A DNA stretch of 62,230 bases, the filler included, from Nemertoderma westbladi (taxonomy: Eukaryota; Animalia; Xenacoelomorpha): assembly GCA_032718475.1 (NCBI GenBank). It is 3 parts of 3 records of this genome, joined end to end, with 100 filler letters (N's around TTAATTAATTAA, not from the genome) between each part and the next. Parts side by side here need not be neighbours in the genome. Positions count along the whole stretch, not along the records: positions 44,405 to 62,230 come from JAUCBJ010007558.1; 2 more parts are not named here. One strand, given 5' to 3'. Positions 48,006 to 60,999 of the stretch are shown piece by piece. Numbering within the stretch: the stretch's first letter is position 1; each line of letters opens with the position of its first letter. Position numbers and translations under genes: made by a program. The notes under the pieces are model-generated. The model ran no database searches. It was given only the letters and a program-made list of their open reading frames with translations, and was not told the DNA's origin.

Positions 48006-49379
48006 CTAGTTAATGGAAGGGTCGCAACCATCCACCCATCCCACTTCTATTCCATCCCATTTAGTAAGCAGACACTTACTAATGTCCGAGTCCCTGACCA
48101 GCTGATCAACCCCCAGTCTTTCGTACACAGTCGCTCTACCGACACTGTAAGCAACCAAGCGAACCCCGCCCGCCAATCCGTTGTAGTGATAGACCGTGTG
48201 GGAGGGGGAAACCTCCCGGAGGAATTCATCATGAATCGGGAAGAACTCCTGGAGGAAGTTATTTCGAACGATAACCCCAGTGTCATCGGGGTCAAGGCGA
48301 CTAGCTAACGTCGTTACTAACTCGGCGGGTTCGCTAACCAGTTCACATTTAATTAAAAGTTCTCGAAGATTATCAGTTAGAATAAACCCAGAGGATTCCT
48401 CAGTCTGCATCGAAGAGAAGTTCCTCGCAGCTAAAGCACGTGGGGTTTCTTCGCCTAGAAACTTAATATCATCGGAGAAAAATAAAGTTAAATGAGTTTC
48501 GCTTCCAATAATCCAAATAGGAAAGTTTGGTTCCTTCAAAAAGGATCCGACTTCCAAGTATTTCTTGGACTCGAGGAGGGAGAGGAAACCTATGTGTGAA
48601 CGGTTCGGGATCCCGGGTAAACTGAGTCCGCCGATGGTGCGACTCGGTCCGTTAAAGAGGTTCGTAACAGTCGACCCTGTCAGTAACAGGTTCACGATGC
48701 ATTGCGATGCGTGCCCGTAACGAGCGTCTATAAGCTGTTCGCAATCACCGGCGATGTCTGCGGTCACATTACTGATTCCTTTACTCGCGAGGAAAGAATA
48801 CAATAATAATAGAACGCCGTAGACCCCCTTAAAGTTAGGTAAAATGCAATGGAGCGTTTCGTCTAATTCCTCAACAGTGACTGGAGATTCTACAAGACGA
48901 CTATGGAAATCAGAATAATTCGGGATTATTTCATCTACCGGTGATTCTGTGGCACTACCTGTACCGGTTTCGTTTGATTCTGAATGAGTACCTGTATTAT
49001 TGTTAGGGTTGATAATAACCCTTTCTAGCTCAACATTGCTTCGGTTTAATTGTTTTTCTAACGGTTTTATAGTGAATATATGGAAATTAGGGGAGGAAAC
49101 GTCTTTAACTAAATGTAGAAGTTCCTTCAGCGTAAATAGTAGTATTTTATCCAGCTGTTCCTCTGAAGCGGAACGCCAGTTCTCCAACGGGCTCGTAAAT
49201 ATTAGGTTTTTTATTAGATAGGCCTGTATGGGAACGATTACGGAACAAGGTCCACCCTGTAGTTGCAGCACAGCAGTGGGTTCGCTATGACTGAATGTAA
49301 TGCCTTGGCACCATCGTTGGAATATTTCTTCGCTAGGATTGGGTCCCCAAACTAGTTTAGATAATGGATTATGTGCCAT
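48006..49379 (-). CDS. MINDY3: Ubiquitin carboxyl-terminal hydrolase MINDY-3 (FAM188A), single-exon ORF of 457 aa
   Basis: LVWG..IFQRWCQG..FS.SEPTA..Q.QGGPC (catalytic Cys), YGHASQ, IGFLSLLE..YLEVGSFLK.P.FPIWIIGSETHLT (catalytic His), EF-hand-like LDPDDTGVI, VYHYNGL, CLLTKW and the terminal PSIN. Confidence 0.95.
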   Translation of the reverse strand: MAHNPLSKLVWGPNPSEEIFQRWCQGITFSHSEPTAVLQLQGGPCSVIVPIQAYLIKNLIFTSPLENWRSASEEQLDKILLFTLKELLHLVKDVSSPNFHIFTIKPLEKQLNRSNVELERVIINPNNNTGTHSESNETGTGSATESPVDEIIPNYSDFHSRLVESPVTVEELDETLHCILPNFKGVYGVLLLLYSFLASKGISNVTADIAGDCEQLIDARYGHASQCIVNLLLTGSTVTNLFNGPSRTIGGLSLPGIPNRSHIGFLSLLESKKYLEVGSFLKEPNFPIWIIGSETHLTLFFSDDIKFLGEETPRALAARNFSSMQTEESSGFILTDNLRELLIKCELVSEPAELVTTLASRLDPDDTGVIVRNNFLQEFFPIHDEFLREVSPSHTVYHYNGLAGGVRLVAYSVGRATVYERLGVDQLVRDSDISKCLLTKWDGIEVGWVDGCDPSIN

Positions 49380-50166
49380 TACTCTGTTGGGTTTCTTACA
49401 GTAGGTACTATAGCAGTATAGTACAGATAGTACCGGTACTGGTACTGTGGTACGTCAGTACGTAGTAGCAGTATGCCTACTACAGTACTACAATCTGACA
49501 AAGTTAGACCTGTGCTGTACTAAAAGGAGATTATAGGATTACAGGATTATGCTCCTAGGAGAATATGCCCCCTGCCAGCTCTTAGGAGATTCTGCACCCA
49601 CCCCCACCTCCCACCTCCACCCCCATCTGTTCTGTGAAAATATCTTTGGTTTTTGATATTTATAGGCCTATATTGCAAAGATGCCTAGCGCCTAGGTCTG
49701 TAGGTCCCTATATAAAATCTAAAATTATTCCAAAGTTTACAGTCCCTATCTCATTCTGAATATAATTTCTCCAACTGGGTATCATTTCTCAAACCTTTTT
49801 CTATTGATAGTCAACGGAGAATTTCGGTAGGTAAGATATGGTAAGAAAAGTGAGGTAAGGTTTCGTCATGCCGACTTTAGGACGTTTTTTTTTTTTTTTT
49901 TATTATTCGGAGTCCGGAGACATCACGGTCATAGCAGCGAAAGTACACATTAAAATATAACATAAACAGGTAACACATTAAAATAAACAGTAATACAGCT
50001 GGTCGACTTATGCTATGGCACGAAAGTAAAGTAAGTAAGTACTGTATGTAAATAATATTTAGTACATAAAATAACAGAATAAAATAAGATCTGAACGCAC
50101 GTTCATTATTATAATCTTAAACGTTTGTGTTACTTGGAGTTTAGCCCCGTTATTAAATAAACAGTT

Positions 50167-50253
50167 TATCTATTCAATCAATATATTTCAGCCACCAGGG
50201 CTATCATCAGCCCTGATAGGCCTGGTGGCTGGAATCTATTGATTGAATAGATA
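50167..50253. repeat. 87-nt near-perfect hairpin (40-bp arms, 7-nt loop)
   Basis: TATCTATTCAATCAATATATTTCAGCCACCAGGGCTATCA-TCAGCCC-TGATAGGCCTGGTGGCTGGAATCTATTGATTGAATAGATA. Confidence 0.85.
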
Positions 50254-50281
50254 TATCTATATCTTATATATACTGTATATA

Positions 50282-52613
50282 CCCAGTAAACACGGCGAAT
50301 GCGTGGCGCATTCGGGATCCGAATATCTTCAGCATGCTACCAGCATTCGTAAATGAAACATAGTGGCGAATGCTAGAAGAATGCTGATTTCCGAATGCCA
50401 GGCGCACAATTCATTCGAATCCCGAACTTTTCACGAATGTCTGGTGTACAATTCATTCTCTCCCCTGTATCTCTCGCGAACGTCTGTAACACAATTTTAT
50501 TCCTTTCAGAAACGTCTGGCTTTTATTGTGAGACAGAACGTTTGGCGAACCATTGGCGAATCATTTCAACCTCCTTATTTACAGTAGCCCAAATGCAATG
50601 AGTTACACTAATAATGTCTCTAGAGCTCATTGATTGTCGATAACCAGAGTCGCTAATATTGTGTGGTCTACCTAAACACTACACACACAATTCTGCCAGC
50701 AGACTTATCATTTATACTGCCAAATATACCGAAATATAATGATTTAGTTTCAATGTAATACTTTCTTCTTAACGTTTATTTCAATAATAATGTATGATAA
50801 ACCGTTATAATAGGTACATAAATAATTAATATTCAGAATACTAACAGTGATTGATGACAATATTTTGTTAAAATTAAAATAACGGGGAGCCGCCTGTAAC
50901 ATATTGTACATATTGAGACAGGGGGGGAAACTGGACGCAAAACCCGCCTTGGCGAATTAATCTCCCGCCTCAATGTGAAATTCTCAATTTAGGGAAAGGA
51001 GCAGGTTACAGTGGCACGTTATTTTAACCAAAACAATAAACTAAACACAATTGAACAGCTTACAGTTTTATTTTTAAGAGTAATCAGCTGTTATTTGCGT
51101 CGAATTTCCCCTGGAGAGGGATGAAATTTTATTGCGTCCAGTTCCCCCCCCCCCCCCCCCCCCCCCCCCCCCTATCTGTAGGCCTACATATTAACTACAT
51201 CTACAGTACGTAATAATGTTAATACACATAGTCAAATATATAAATAATCATTGTAGATTCGACGAGATGGTATTTGCGTTCCACCCCCCTGTCTTCTTTC
51301 TGTCATCTTCTGTGTTGTCAGGTGCTAAATGCTAAAGCTGTAAAGGAAAATAATAAATGGAATTAAAATAAATGAAATACAATACATCGTGAATTAACAG
51401 CCTTATTTGATTAGCTTAGATTACATTCTGTATAAGATTTTTACTCAATCCGCTCAGTAACTAGTATTCTTAAAATCAATTTGCCTTTTTGTGCATTACG
51501 CACTCCAAAAGGAAACATGAAGTTACAAAAATGAACTCACAATACTTTCGGCAGATGCCACATTGACATTGGACAAGAATGTATCTAATAATGAAATATA
51601 TTATAAACAGCAATAAAGCATAACACAATCTGATGATGATATTGAAACAATAAGTATACCGGTGATGCAACTCCCCCCCCCCCCCCCCCCCCGGATACTT
51701 GCGGTGCCGTGTCCTGTAGTTTACACAGGTATAGTTTTGTATAGGGCCTACAGTGCAATTCGTACTATCTATACGGATAAGTAATTAACTTACTTGCATG
51801 ATGGCCATGGTGATCACCAATTTTTTTTCGTTTTTTTTTTGCCAGCAATTCAAGTTCACACGCATTGTAGTCGGTTCTCATATACTTGACGATTAAATCC
51901 ACTATACGATACGATACTTGGTGATACCTTTATTGCACTTTCCCTTTCCAGTATGACAATAAGTTACAGTTACTTGAAATATGAAAATAATGTAGAAAAT
52001 AATATTTGAAACAAAAACACCTCGACACAAGCACTGTAAAGTACTGTATAATGTATACAGTATTGTACCCCCTACATTGATAAATTAAAATTATTAATTT
52101 AAACTGCAGCATCAGTTGTACCACAAATAATAAGGCTGCAATAATTAATAAATTATCAAAACTACAGAAATGACGAGAAACAATGTTACCATCTCATAAA
52201 ATGGAGTACATTGATTTTTAAAAAATTGCGCCCAAATTTAAATATATCTAAGTTTAGTCCTGTGTATAACAGCGTGAATGATGAGTGGCCAGACTGTTAA
52301 CCCAACTTAACAGTTCCAGTCATGCAGTACAGTCTATCTATGAAATCCGCGAAAATGATCCTGACCAATATTATTCGCAGACAAGCATTTCCAGCCCATT
52401 CGCCACTCATGCTTGGAATTCGATAGATAAATCATTCCTGTTAATAATGAAATTCTTACTGTAGTATGCGCCACGCACTCCTGGCGCTTACGAAAACTAT
52501 TCCCAGACAAGAATCATTGGCGAATCTATCCCGCACCTCATGAAATATACCAGAACGTCTGGCGAACATGTCGTTCGCCACACATGCGCCTAGCACGCTT
52601 GTTGTTTACTGGG
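50282..52613. mobile_element. 2.3-kb non-autonomous DNA transposon with CCCAG termini and a TA TSD (animal EnSpm/CMC-like)
   Basis: TA|CCCAGTAAACA ... TGTTTACTGGG|TA, with subterminal GGCGAA/TTCGCC motifs at both ends. Confidence 0.75.
50914..51180. mobile_element. Small MITE; partial second copy at about 57842-57968
   Basis: GACAGGGGGGGAAACTGGACGCAA ... TTGCGTCCAGTTCCCCC form inverted ends. The first ~125 bp recur at 57842. Confidence 0.7.
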
Positions 52614-54577
52614 TAGATATATCTTACTAAGACATATAAAGATCTTATGCTAATATCTGTGCAGATTGGTGATGTTACAAGAACACGAACAGTTTCAAAA
52701 ACACGATGTGGTTATGTGTGTATGTATATATAACCATCCAATATCTCAAAAATTCAAGCAGGCACGCAACAATTTTAAGAACAAACTCTACATAAATTTG
52801 GGTTGCGCACTAGACTGTATATTCATTGTGTATATTACTGAAAAACAGCGGTTTTGAAAATTTAAAGTCGAATTTCACCGATTTCAACTCGTCGAGTATG
52901 CACCAACTTTTTTATTTGGGCTATTCAGTCATTTGAGCAGCATACAGTATTTGAGCCTCAGAATCTGTTCAAATATCGCCAATCTCGCATAGAACGTCGC
53001 CAAAATTTGTTAGTCCGTCAAAAAAACGCACAAATTCGTCTAAATATGATTCAACTACTGTAGAAAAGCCAGCAAGCGGCTATAAGGAGACCGTCCATAG
53101 ACAAACGAAGTGTAGTTAGGGTCCCTCTTCGTTCATTATCATCAACCTATAAATCAATTGAACGGCCCAGTGCTTAAAATTCAATCAGCTGGCCTCCCCT
53201 AACATAACAGTGAGTAACCTTATAGATATTCCCATAGGATTCACTGGGAAGAGTTATTCAGATGGCGGGGTAATACATTATACAAACTAACAGTTGATAG
53301 GTTTGATTACTGTCTGGGATAGAGTGAGAGAGTAATAAATTTAGCAAGTAATATACTCTGTGCAGTTTGGGCCTATCCATTCAATCAATAGTAGTACCTT
53401 TAGTAGGCCCTCATGAGTACCAGCAGCTGGTGTTTCTATCGATTTACTTTATAAGTCGTGTTGGAAGGGCAGGCGGAGAGTCCACTTGTGCTACAACCCC
53501 CCCCCCCCCCCCCACCCTTTATATTACAGTATTATACATAACATATGTATTTTAGTTAAATTAACCATCTGAATGAACACTTCAAATACTGCGTACTGCA
53601 GGTTTACTGTATGTTTTGAATTACTACAGTACAATTAGAGCAGTAAACACCTTAAAAATATATTACATAAAATATCATGAATATACTGTACTGTATAATA
53701 AAAAAAATTGGACCGGGATTTTGGGACCGGGTTTTAGACATTTTCACTTTAAGACCGAGACTGGGTTTTAGTCATTTCATTTTTGGGACCGCGAGTTTAT
53801 GGACCGGGTTTTAGGAATTATTGGGACCGGGTTCTAGTAATTTTCACGTGGACCGGGAAAAAATTGGACCGACCGGGTTTTGGGTTCAGTGGACCGAGAC
53901 CGGGACCGGCCCGGGTTTTAGACATTCCCTTATGCATTCCCCGGAAAAATATGGTCGGAGTTTTGCCGGCGGAATATAGCCGTCTTTTCGCCTGGCGAAA
54001 AGGCCGCTAATATAGCCAGCTTTATCGCTGCGTTTTTGGTACCGAAACGCCGGCAAATACGCCACTACCCATTGCCCACCATTAGAAAATTAGAAAGTAA
54101 TTCTACCAAAACCGACTTCCTTTAGCAATATTTTCCGGCGATTATCCGGCTAGATATAGCCCTCTATTTGCCAGCTCAATTAAGCCGCACAGTGTCGACT
54201 ATATATAGCTGGATATATATATATATAGCTACTGTATATAGCTATATATATACTATATATAGCTGGATTATAGCCGGCTAATTGTAGTTAGCTGGATTAC
54301 AGGCGGCTAATTGTAGCGGGATTATAACTGGGTTACACACTTTATGAAATCACACAATACAAGCGCTAATTGCTTTTTTCAGCGTGTCGATATTACATAT
54401 TCTGTTAAATGCTTTTGAAATTAAACCACAGTACACAGTCTGTTGAAAATCTGAAATATAATTTCCGGGATAGAAATTAGTTTTGTATATTTAATGTAAC
54501 AGAACAACTGTATTATATTATTAAGAATGAGTGTCAAATATTAAAAATATTTTTATTACAGAAAATAATTATAAGAG

Positions 54578-54785
54578 ATTACAAGTTAGTAAACAGATAC
54601 AAGTCAGTAAACAGATACAAGTCAGTAAACAGATACAAGTTAGTAAACAGATACAAGTCAGTAAACAGATACAAGTTAGTAAACAGATACAAGTTAGTAA
54701 ACAGATACAAGTCAGTAAACAGATACAAGTCAGTAAACAGATACAAGTCAGTAAACAGATACAACTCAGTAAACAGATACAAGCT
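54578..54785. repeat. 18-bp tandem repeat, about 11 copies
   Basis: Unit ATACAAGT(C/T)AGTAAACAG. Confidence 0.95.
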
Positions 54786-54852
54786 GTAAGTGTGAATAAA
54801 TTAAATGGCTTGTGCGCAATTGTGCTCAATTAAAATTAGATGTGATAGTAAT

Positions 54853-55058
54853 AATATAATAATAATAATATTGGTTATTTATATAGCGCTTTTCTACGCT
54901 CAGCATACTCAAAGCGCTTTAGTATCATTACCCCCAGCAAAGCCAGGTTCCCATTATACCGCTAGGTTGACGTAGGCACTAATGTCTAAAGTGTCTTGCC
55001 TAGGGACACAACAGTGCGAAATTTCTACAGCCTTTAGTCGGATTCGAACCTGCGCCAC
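54853..55058 (-). mobile_element. 5'-truncated tRNA-derived SINE with a conserved central domain and an L2-type 3' tail
   Basis: Minus strand: B box GGTTCGAATCC, central TGTGTCCCTAGGCAAGACACTT, tail AAAGCGCTTTGAG...AAAGCGCTATATAAAT plus (ATT)n. Confidence 0.8.
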
Positions 55059-55523
55059 CAAACACTATTACCAGTAGTATCAGTAATAACAGTAGTACCT
55101 TGTAAAACTTGTTACTGACAACCTGTATCATAATCCAAACGATGCGATGTCCCGAAGCAAAACAAAAATTATCGAATTAATGAGTAAATAGCGAAATTAC
55201 AGCAAATGGCACTTTTGTGGCTATTAACTATCTATGTATTATTGCAAATATAAAACTGTAAGACAATATTTTAAATTTGGGGTTCAACCTTGAAATACAA
55301 TTAATTACTACCTACAGTAGGCCTACAGTAAATTGCTTTTGCTACGGATAAGTGAATAATAAGTGAAATAATTAAGAAGAGTATTGAAAATCAAGATAAT
55401 TAAAAATTAATAATAATTATATAATTAATAGAATTTGATACGATACGCCTAAAGTTTACATCCTACCCAACCCATCCGTCTCTCTCTACCTTTTCCACAC
55501 CATTTACAGCCTACAGTAATAAT

Positions 55524-58500
55524 CTCAGCCTGGCTACGTATTTTACGACCATTACATCCTGGTACGACTTGGCTTCCTTAAATTACGACTGTTTCAAACC
55601 ATTTAAGAGCGTTTACAACCCACCCCAAAGCCAAATATAAACTAAATATAAGCAGCATGTTTGTGGATTAGCAGTTTGAAGCTTCATTAAAATCCCCCCA
55701 ACTGCGCTATTGGTACAGTAATAGCTATTGGCGATGCAACTATTTCTATTAATTGTGGAGTGTCTTTCCTGTTTGGCAAACAATGAATAGACTGGCACGA
55801 TGGTTGCCAGTCTGGCTCCGGGCTATCACTGTTCCCAATCTCTTTAAACAGACCCAGCGGCATTTAAACCCCATCTGCTACTGTATAACAGCTAATTTAT
55901 AATATGATTCAGTGAATCCAAGTCTATGGCTTATGCTTTTGAGTAATTAGTAAATAAAATATAAAAGGAAATTAATGAAATATAATTCCTTAAAACAGAA
56001 ATTAATCAAATATAATTCAACCACAAACAGAATTTAATCAAATATAATTCAATCCAAAACAGGAATTAATCAAATATAATTCAACCCAAAACAGGAATTA
56101 ATCAAATATAATTCAACCCGAAACAGGAATTAATCAAATATAATTCAACCCAAAACAGGAATTAATCAAATATAATTCAACCCGAAACAGGAATTAATCA
56201 AATATAATTCAACCCAAAACAGGAATTAATCAAATATAATTCAACCCAAAACAGGAATTAATCAAATATAATTCACCCCAAAACAGGAATTAATCAAATA
56301 TAATTCAACCCAAAACAGGAATTAATCAAATATAATTCAACCCAAAACAGGAATTAATCAAATATAATTCAACCCAAAACAGGAATTAATCAAATATAAT
56401 TCAACCCAAAACAGGAATTAATCAAATATAATTCAACCCAAAACAGGAATTAATCAAATATAATTCAACCCAAAACAGGAATTAATCAAATATAATTCAA
56501 CCCAAAACAGGAATTAATCAAATATAATTCAACCCAAAACAGGAATTAATCAAATATAATTCAACCCAAAACAGGAATTAATCAAATATAATTCAACCCA
56601 AAACAGGAATTAATCAAATATAATTCAACCCAAAACAGGAATTAATCAAATATAATTCAACCCAAAACAGGAATTAATCAAATATAATTCAACCCAAAAC
56701 AGGAATTAATCAAATATAATTCAAACATTTTGGAGGGAAATTTAAAATACTGTCTCAGTGCAGTGCAGCAAATTGTCGTTTCCTTTTCAGTCTATCAGTG
56801 CAGTACTGCAGTAACGGTTGCCCGTAGCTCTGTGAGCTTAGTTCTGTGGTTAGTTGTTAATCTTTTAATCACTACAGCACTACTGACTACCGATCTACGT
56901 AATGATATGGTAGTACGTAATGATGGTAGTACAAAATGTCATGATGTCATGGGTGATAGGGAGTTGTGGCGGCGCAATTTTGTCGACAAGCCGGCACAGC
57001 ATTCTTAAAAATGCAGCTGCAATGCAGCATGCAGATACTAGTAGTACACCTGCAGTACTGTTCTACTGTATATACAACTACTGAACTAACTAATCCTACG
57101 GAATTACCGGTCTTTCTGAAGATTGGTAAGGTAAAGCTGCCGGATTGCCCCGTAGTCAGGTCGTATCGGTCTGTTGGTAGTCAGTAGTGATTAAAAGATT
57201 AACAACTAACCACAGAACTAAGCTTACAGAGGTACGGGCAACCGTTACTGCAGTACTGCACTGATAGACTGAAAAGGAAACGACAATTTGCTGCACTGCA
57301 CTGAGACAGTATTTTAAATTTCCCTCCAAAATGTTTGAATTATATTTGATTAATTCCTGTTTTGGATTGAATTATATTTGATTAAATTCTGTTTGTGGTT
57401 GAATTATATTTGATTAATTTCTATTTTAAGGAATTATATTTCATTAATTTCCTTTTATATTTCCCATTTTAAAATTAATTAAATTGGCCACATTCAGCCA
57501 CCGTAAGAAGGCCTACTCAAGGCTTACTATTTATTATTAAAGTCATACAAAATAGGGAGGCGGTGAATCGAATATGGTATCCCACAGTGGATGCATGCTG
57601 GGTGATTTTAGTGGTTGGGAATGAGTGTTCATGTTATTCCTAATTGTGTTACATAAGACCTGCATTTTTTTCCTAATTGTGTTACAAAAGACCTTGTATT
57701 ATTTATCCCATTAAAAACTACCGGCTTTTGGCTGTGCTGCATGTGCGAAAGGGGAAGGGAAATTTTCTATTTTGCAGAGACTATAAACTAAGGCATGTTC
57801 TTCAGGCTATAAGAAAAAATCCCTCTCCTCAACATTGGAGTTTGAGACAGGGGGGGAAACTGGACGCAAAACCCGCCTTGGCGAATTAATAGCCCGCCTC
57901 AATATTAAATTCTCAATTTAGGGAAATGAACACGTTACAGTGGCACGTCATTTTAACCAAAACAATAAAGTAACAGTAAACTGGTGTAAGTTCGTTATCT
58001 TTAAGATGCGACCAGTCAACACTGGAGAGGATATGAGAAAATTATGGTGTCGAATTCATAATAATATAAACACAGCCCTATCGAAACGTTATAACAAAAA
58101 TAATAACTAGTAACCCCTGTACGCCTACTATATACCTACTGTTAAACTGTGAATGCATGTTTTGTTTATTTTTTACTATATTTACAGTACCTGTTTACCA
58201 TTTATTGTTGCATGCAATAATTTATGAACCCTTTACCACGCCCTTTTGCACGTCCTGTTTTGTGTCCAATTATAATTTAATTATTATATTATTATAAATT
58301 AAACTAGTTCAAACATCCGGGGGGGGGGGGGGGGGGGGGGTAGTATTTCTGAATAACGTGAGATACGATATTACTTATGTAATAATTAAAACACGCGAGT
58401 GAGCGGTTTAACGATTTTTTGAATAACATTAAATTAAAGGTGTGACAATGAATTTCTATTTCAATTAAACATTAATTCATTAAACACAACAAATGGAGTG

Positions 58501-58859
58501 ACAGAGAGAAAGATTAAATGGCGGGACGGGGGGGGGGGGGGGGGGGGGGGGCATTACTGCAAGCATCACCAGTCTGAAGATTTCGTTGCTGCTTGGAGGG
58601 GTTTCTCAAATAATGGTTTCCACACACCAAGGCCATCTAAACAACAGAAAAACAGACAGGTGGATTACGACCGTTTACACCTGGCTTCCAACCACCCATT
58701 TACAACTCATTACGACTATGATTACAACCTTTGCAACTAGACAATTTGGTTGTAAAATATAATTACAACCTTTACAACCACCATTGGCAAGCAATGTGTC
58801 AGTTATAATCTGGTCGTTTTCAGTCGTATTCTAGTCGTAAAAAGCGTTGGCAGGCTGAG
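55524..58859. mobile_element. 3.3-kb non-autonomous TIR element (CTCAG termini, possible 2-bp AT TSD) enclosing nested repeats
   Basis: Left CTCAGCCTGGCTACGTATTTTACGAC versus the reverse complement of the right end, CTCAGCCTGCCAACGCTTTTTACGAC. TTAC(G/A)ACC subterminal motifs occur at both ends. Confidence 0.55.
55957..57462. repeat. Large inverted repeat (foldback): left arm 55957-56875 with a 32-bp array of about 24 units; right arm 57184-57462 with about 4 units
   Basis: The right arm is the near-perfect reverse complement of the left arm apart from copy number of AACCCAAAACAGGAATTAATCAAATATAATTC. Confidence 0.9.
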
Positions 58860-59899
58860 ATTAGTACTGTATTGTTCAATATCAAATCGATCATATCATA
58901 TCAATCTCTTTCGTCGTATTCGATCCGACTCCCCCTTGAACGCCATCTCGTTATTCTTCTTTATCTACAGTAACTTGCAACACCTAAGATATTAATACTT
59001 TCGTTCGAACAATAATAAATTATTATATTTTAACGAATATATCTACAGTACAGTATCTACTGTAAACTTATTTAAAGTCATTCGAAGACATTTAATTCAT
59101 TCGAAATGTCTGAAATGACAATCTTCAGCCATTTCGTTTTGTTTATAATCCTTTCTTCTTGATTGATACCTACCACATTCTAAACCTCGGTGTCTTTTGT
59201 GTCTTAAAACTCTTCCATATAAAAAATAATAATAAAATTAATAAAAATATAAATATATTTGGAAAGTTTTTATTTTGGACTACACCGGTACTTACTACTG
59301 ATTAATTTCACGAATTGTCGTTTACTTATCAGTTTGATGCAATCATCTGCGCTCGTCCAGTTGACTTTAGTAAATGAATGGCTTCCCCTTGAAATACGAT
59401 TGGCCTACAGAGTTGAAATAACCCAATACGACGATATTCTTAACTATCTCCGTCACGGAATGATAGGTGGTTCTCGGTTGTAAAGTAGTTGAGCTAAGAA
59501 CTACTAAGAGCTACGCCGAGGTCCTAAATATTTACCCCTCAAATGAGTGACTGAGACGGACCTACAGTAGCTGAGCCTACAGTATAATAATAAACAATAG
59601 ACTGTCTGATACAGATACAGTACTTACTGTACTATGCGACAACGGATGAAATCATCTAGCAATCAATCAGGCTAAAAGCCGTCTGAAAACTGTCTTAAAT
59701 TAGCAAACAATTTTATTATTAGACAATGAATGACATATCGACTTCATAGGCAAAACTTTTCCAGCAAGAAAATAATGCCGGCATTTTGCTAGCTAAATAA
59801 AGCGACAAATAATCCGCTATATGTCGTCGAGTTTGAGTTACTGGCGTTTTTGCGGCTATAATCTGCCAGCGAAATGGCAGTCAACTTTCAGCATCATAT

Positions 59900-60999
59900 C
59901 AGGGTAAATCTTTTCGACCTACGCGTAGGCCTACGCGTAGCTACGCGTAGCTACGCGTAGTTCGCAACATTGGGTCATATATCACCAGTTTCAGAGTTTT
60001 AACATTAACTACGCGTAGGTCCTACGCGACCTACGCGTAGGTGCTACGTATAACTACGCGTAGGTCCTACCCATAACTATGTCTATACGTCGTTTATCAT
60101 TAGTAGGCCTACGTATTCCAAGCGGTTCAGTACTAAAATAAGACCATACGGTATGTTCAATAAACAACCCACAACCATCAAATGCTTTCAACAGTAATGC
60201 ATCCTATACCTGTATACTCTATATACTGATATAGAGGAATACGCTAAGACTACATATTCTTAACTTCATGCGTTGCGGGTGCTAAAATGTGTTACCGGTA
60301 ATAATGTTTAGAGTTCAAAAATAGTTTACAAAGGAAATAGGCCGATGGTTCTTATCGATTCTCTATGCTTTTTATTGCCTGTGTTCACGATAGGGCAAGG
60401 ATATATTTAATATGTTAACCCCTTGACAAGGGAAGGGTGAGACTAAATTGTCTACCATGATTGGTTGCACTTGTTATTTGACCAAACAATTGAATTTTAT
60501 GCAGTATTTCTCAGCTTTCGCTTAACCACTTCACTGGTAGATTGGTAGCTTACTACTGTAGAATATTTCAATAATCCAATGGAAACAAAGATGCTTGAAT
60601 CATGAGACGTGAATTTTAAGTCTACTTTTTATTCATCCTGTGTTTGTACTGTATGTGAAAGAGCCGAATATTTTTTATTACCAGTGATGTATGTAGAGAT
60701 ATGAGTTTCCGATTCTGTTATTCCTTGTCTGATAATCAGATACCTGACATATACCAGTATACCGATACTTGCCTAACAACTCAACCCTACCGGACCTGAA
60801 ATGAAAAATCATTGTTATCAGGACTGCTACGCGTAGCACCTACGCGTAGTTTCAAAATACCTACGCGTAGTTCCAAAATAACTACGCGTAGTTTTAAAAC
60901 ACCTACGCGTAGTTGTTAAAAAGGCAGTAAGTCTGGCCCTACCGGTAAATGACAGGAATGGAAGTTACAAACTACGCGTAGGTCGAAAAGATTTACCCC
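59900..60999. mobile_element. 1.1-kb hAT-like MITE with 27-bp TIRs and many subterminal CTACGCGTAG palindromes
   Basis: (CA)GGGTAAATCTTTTCGACCTACGCGTAG ... CTACGCGTAGGTCGAAAAGATTTACCC. No clear TSD. Confidence 0.75.

Noticed and set aside
51625-51660. CTGATGA...GAAAC hammerhead-like words (also CTGANGA at about 3050, 17395, 33563, 36683 and 46500)
   Set aside because: No compatible stems I, II and III around the core.
51785-51830. Weak U1 snRNA-like 5' words (ACTTAC...CCATGGTGATCAC)
   Set aside because: Lacks ACTTACCTG, the U1 stem-loops and an Sm site in the correct positions.
54531-54833. (QVSKQI)n and (LLTCIC)n ORFs; also the ORF at 44842-45336
   Set aside because: Translations of 18-bp and 17-bp tandem repeats.
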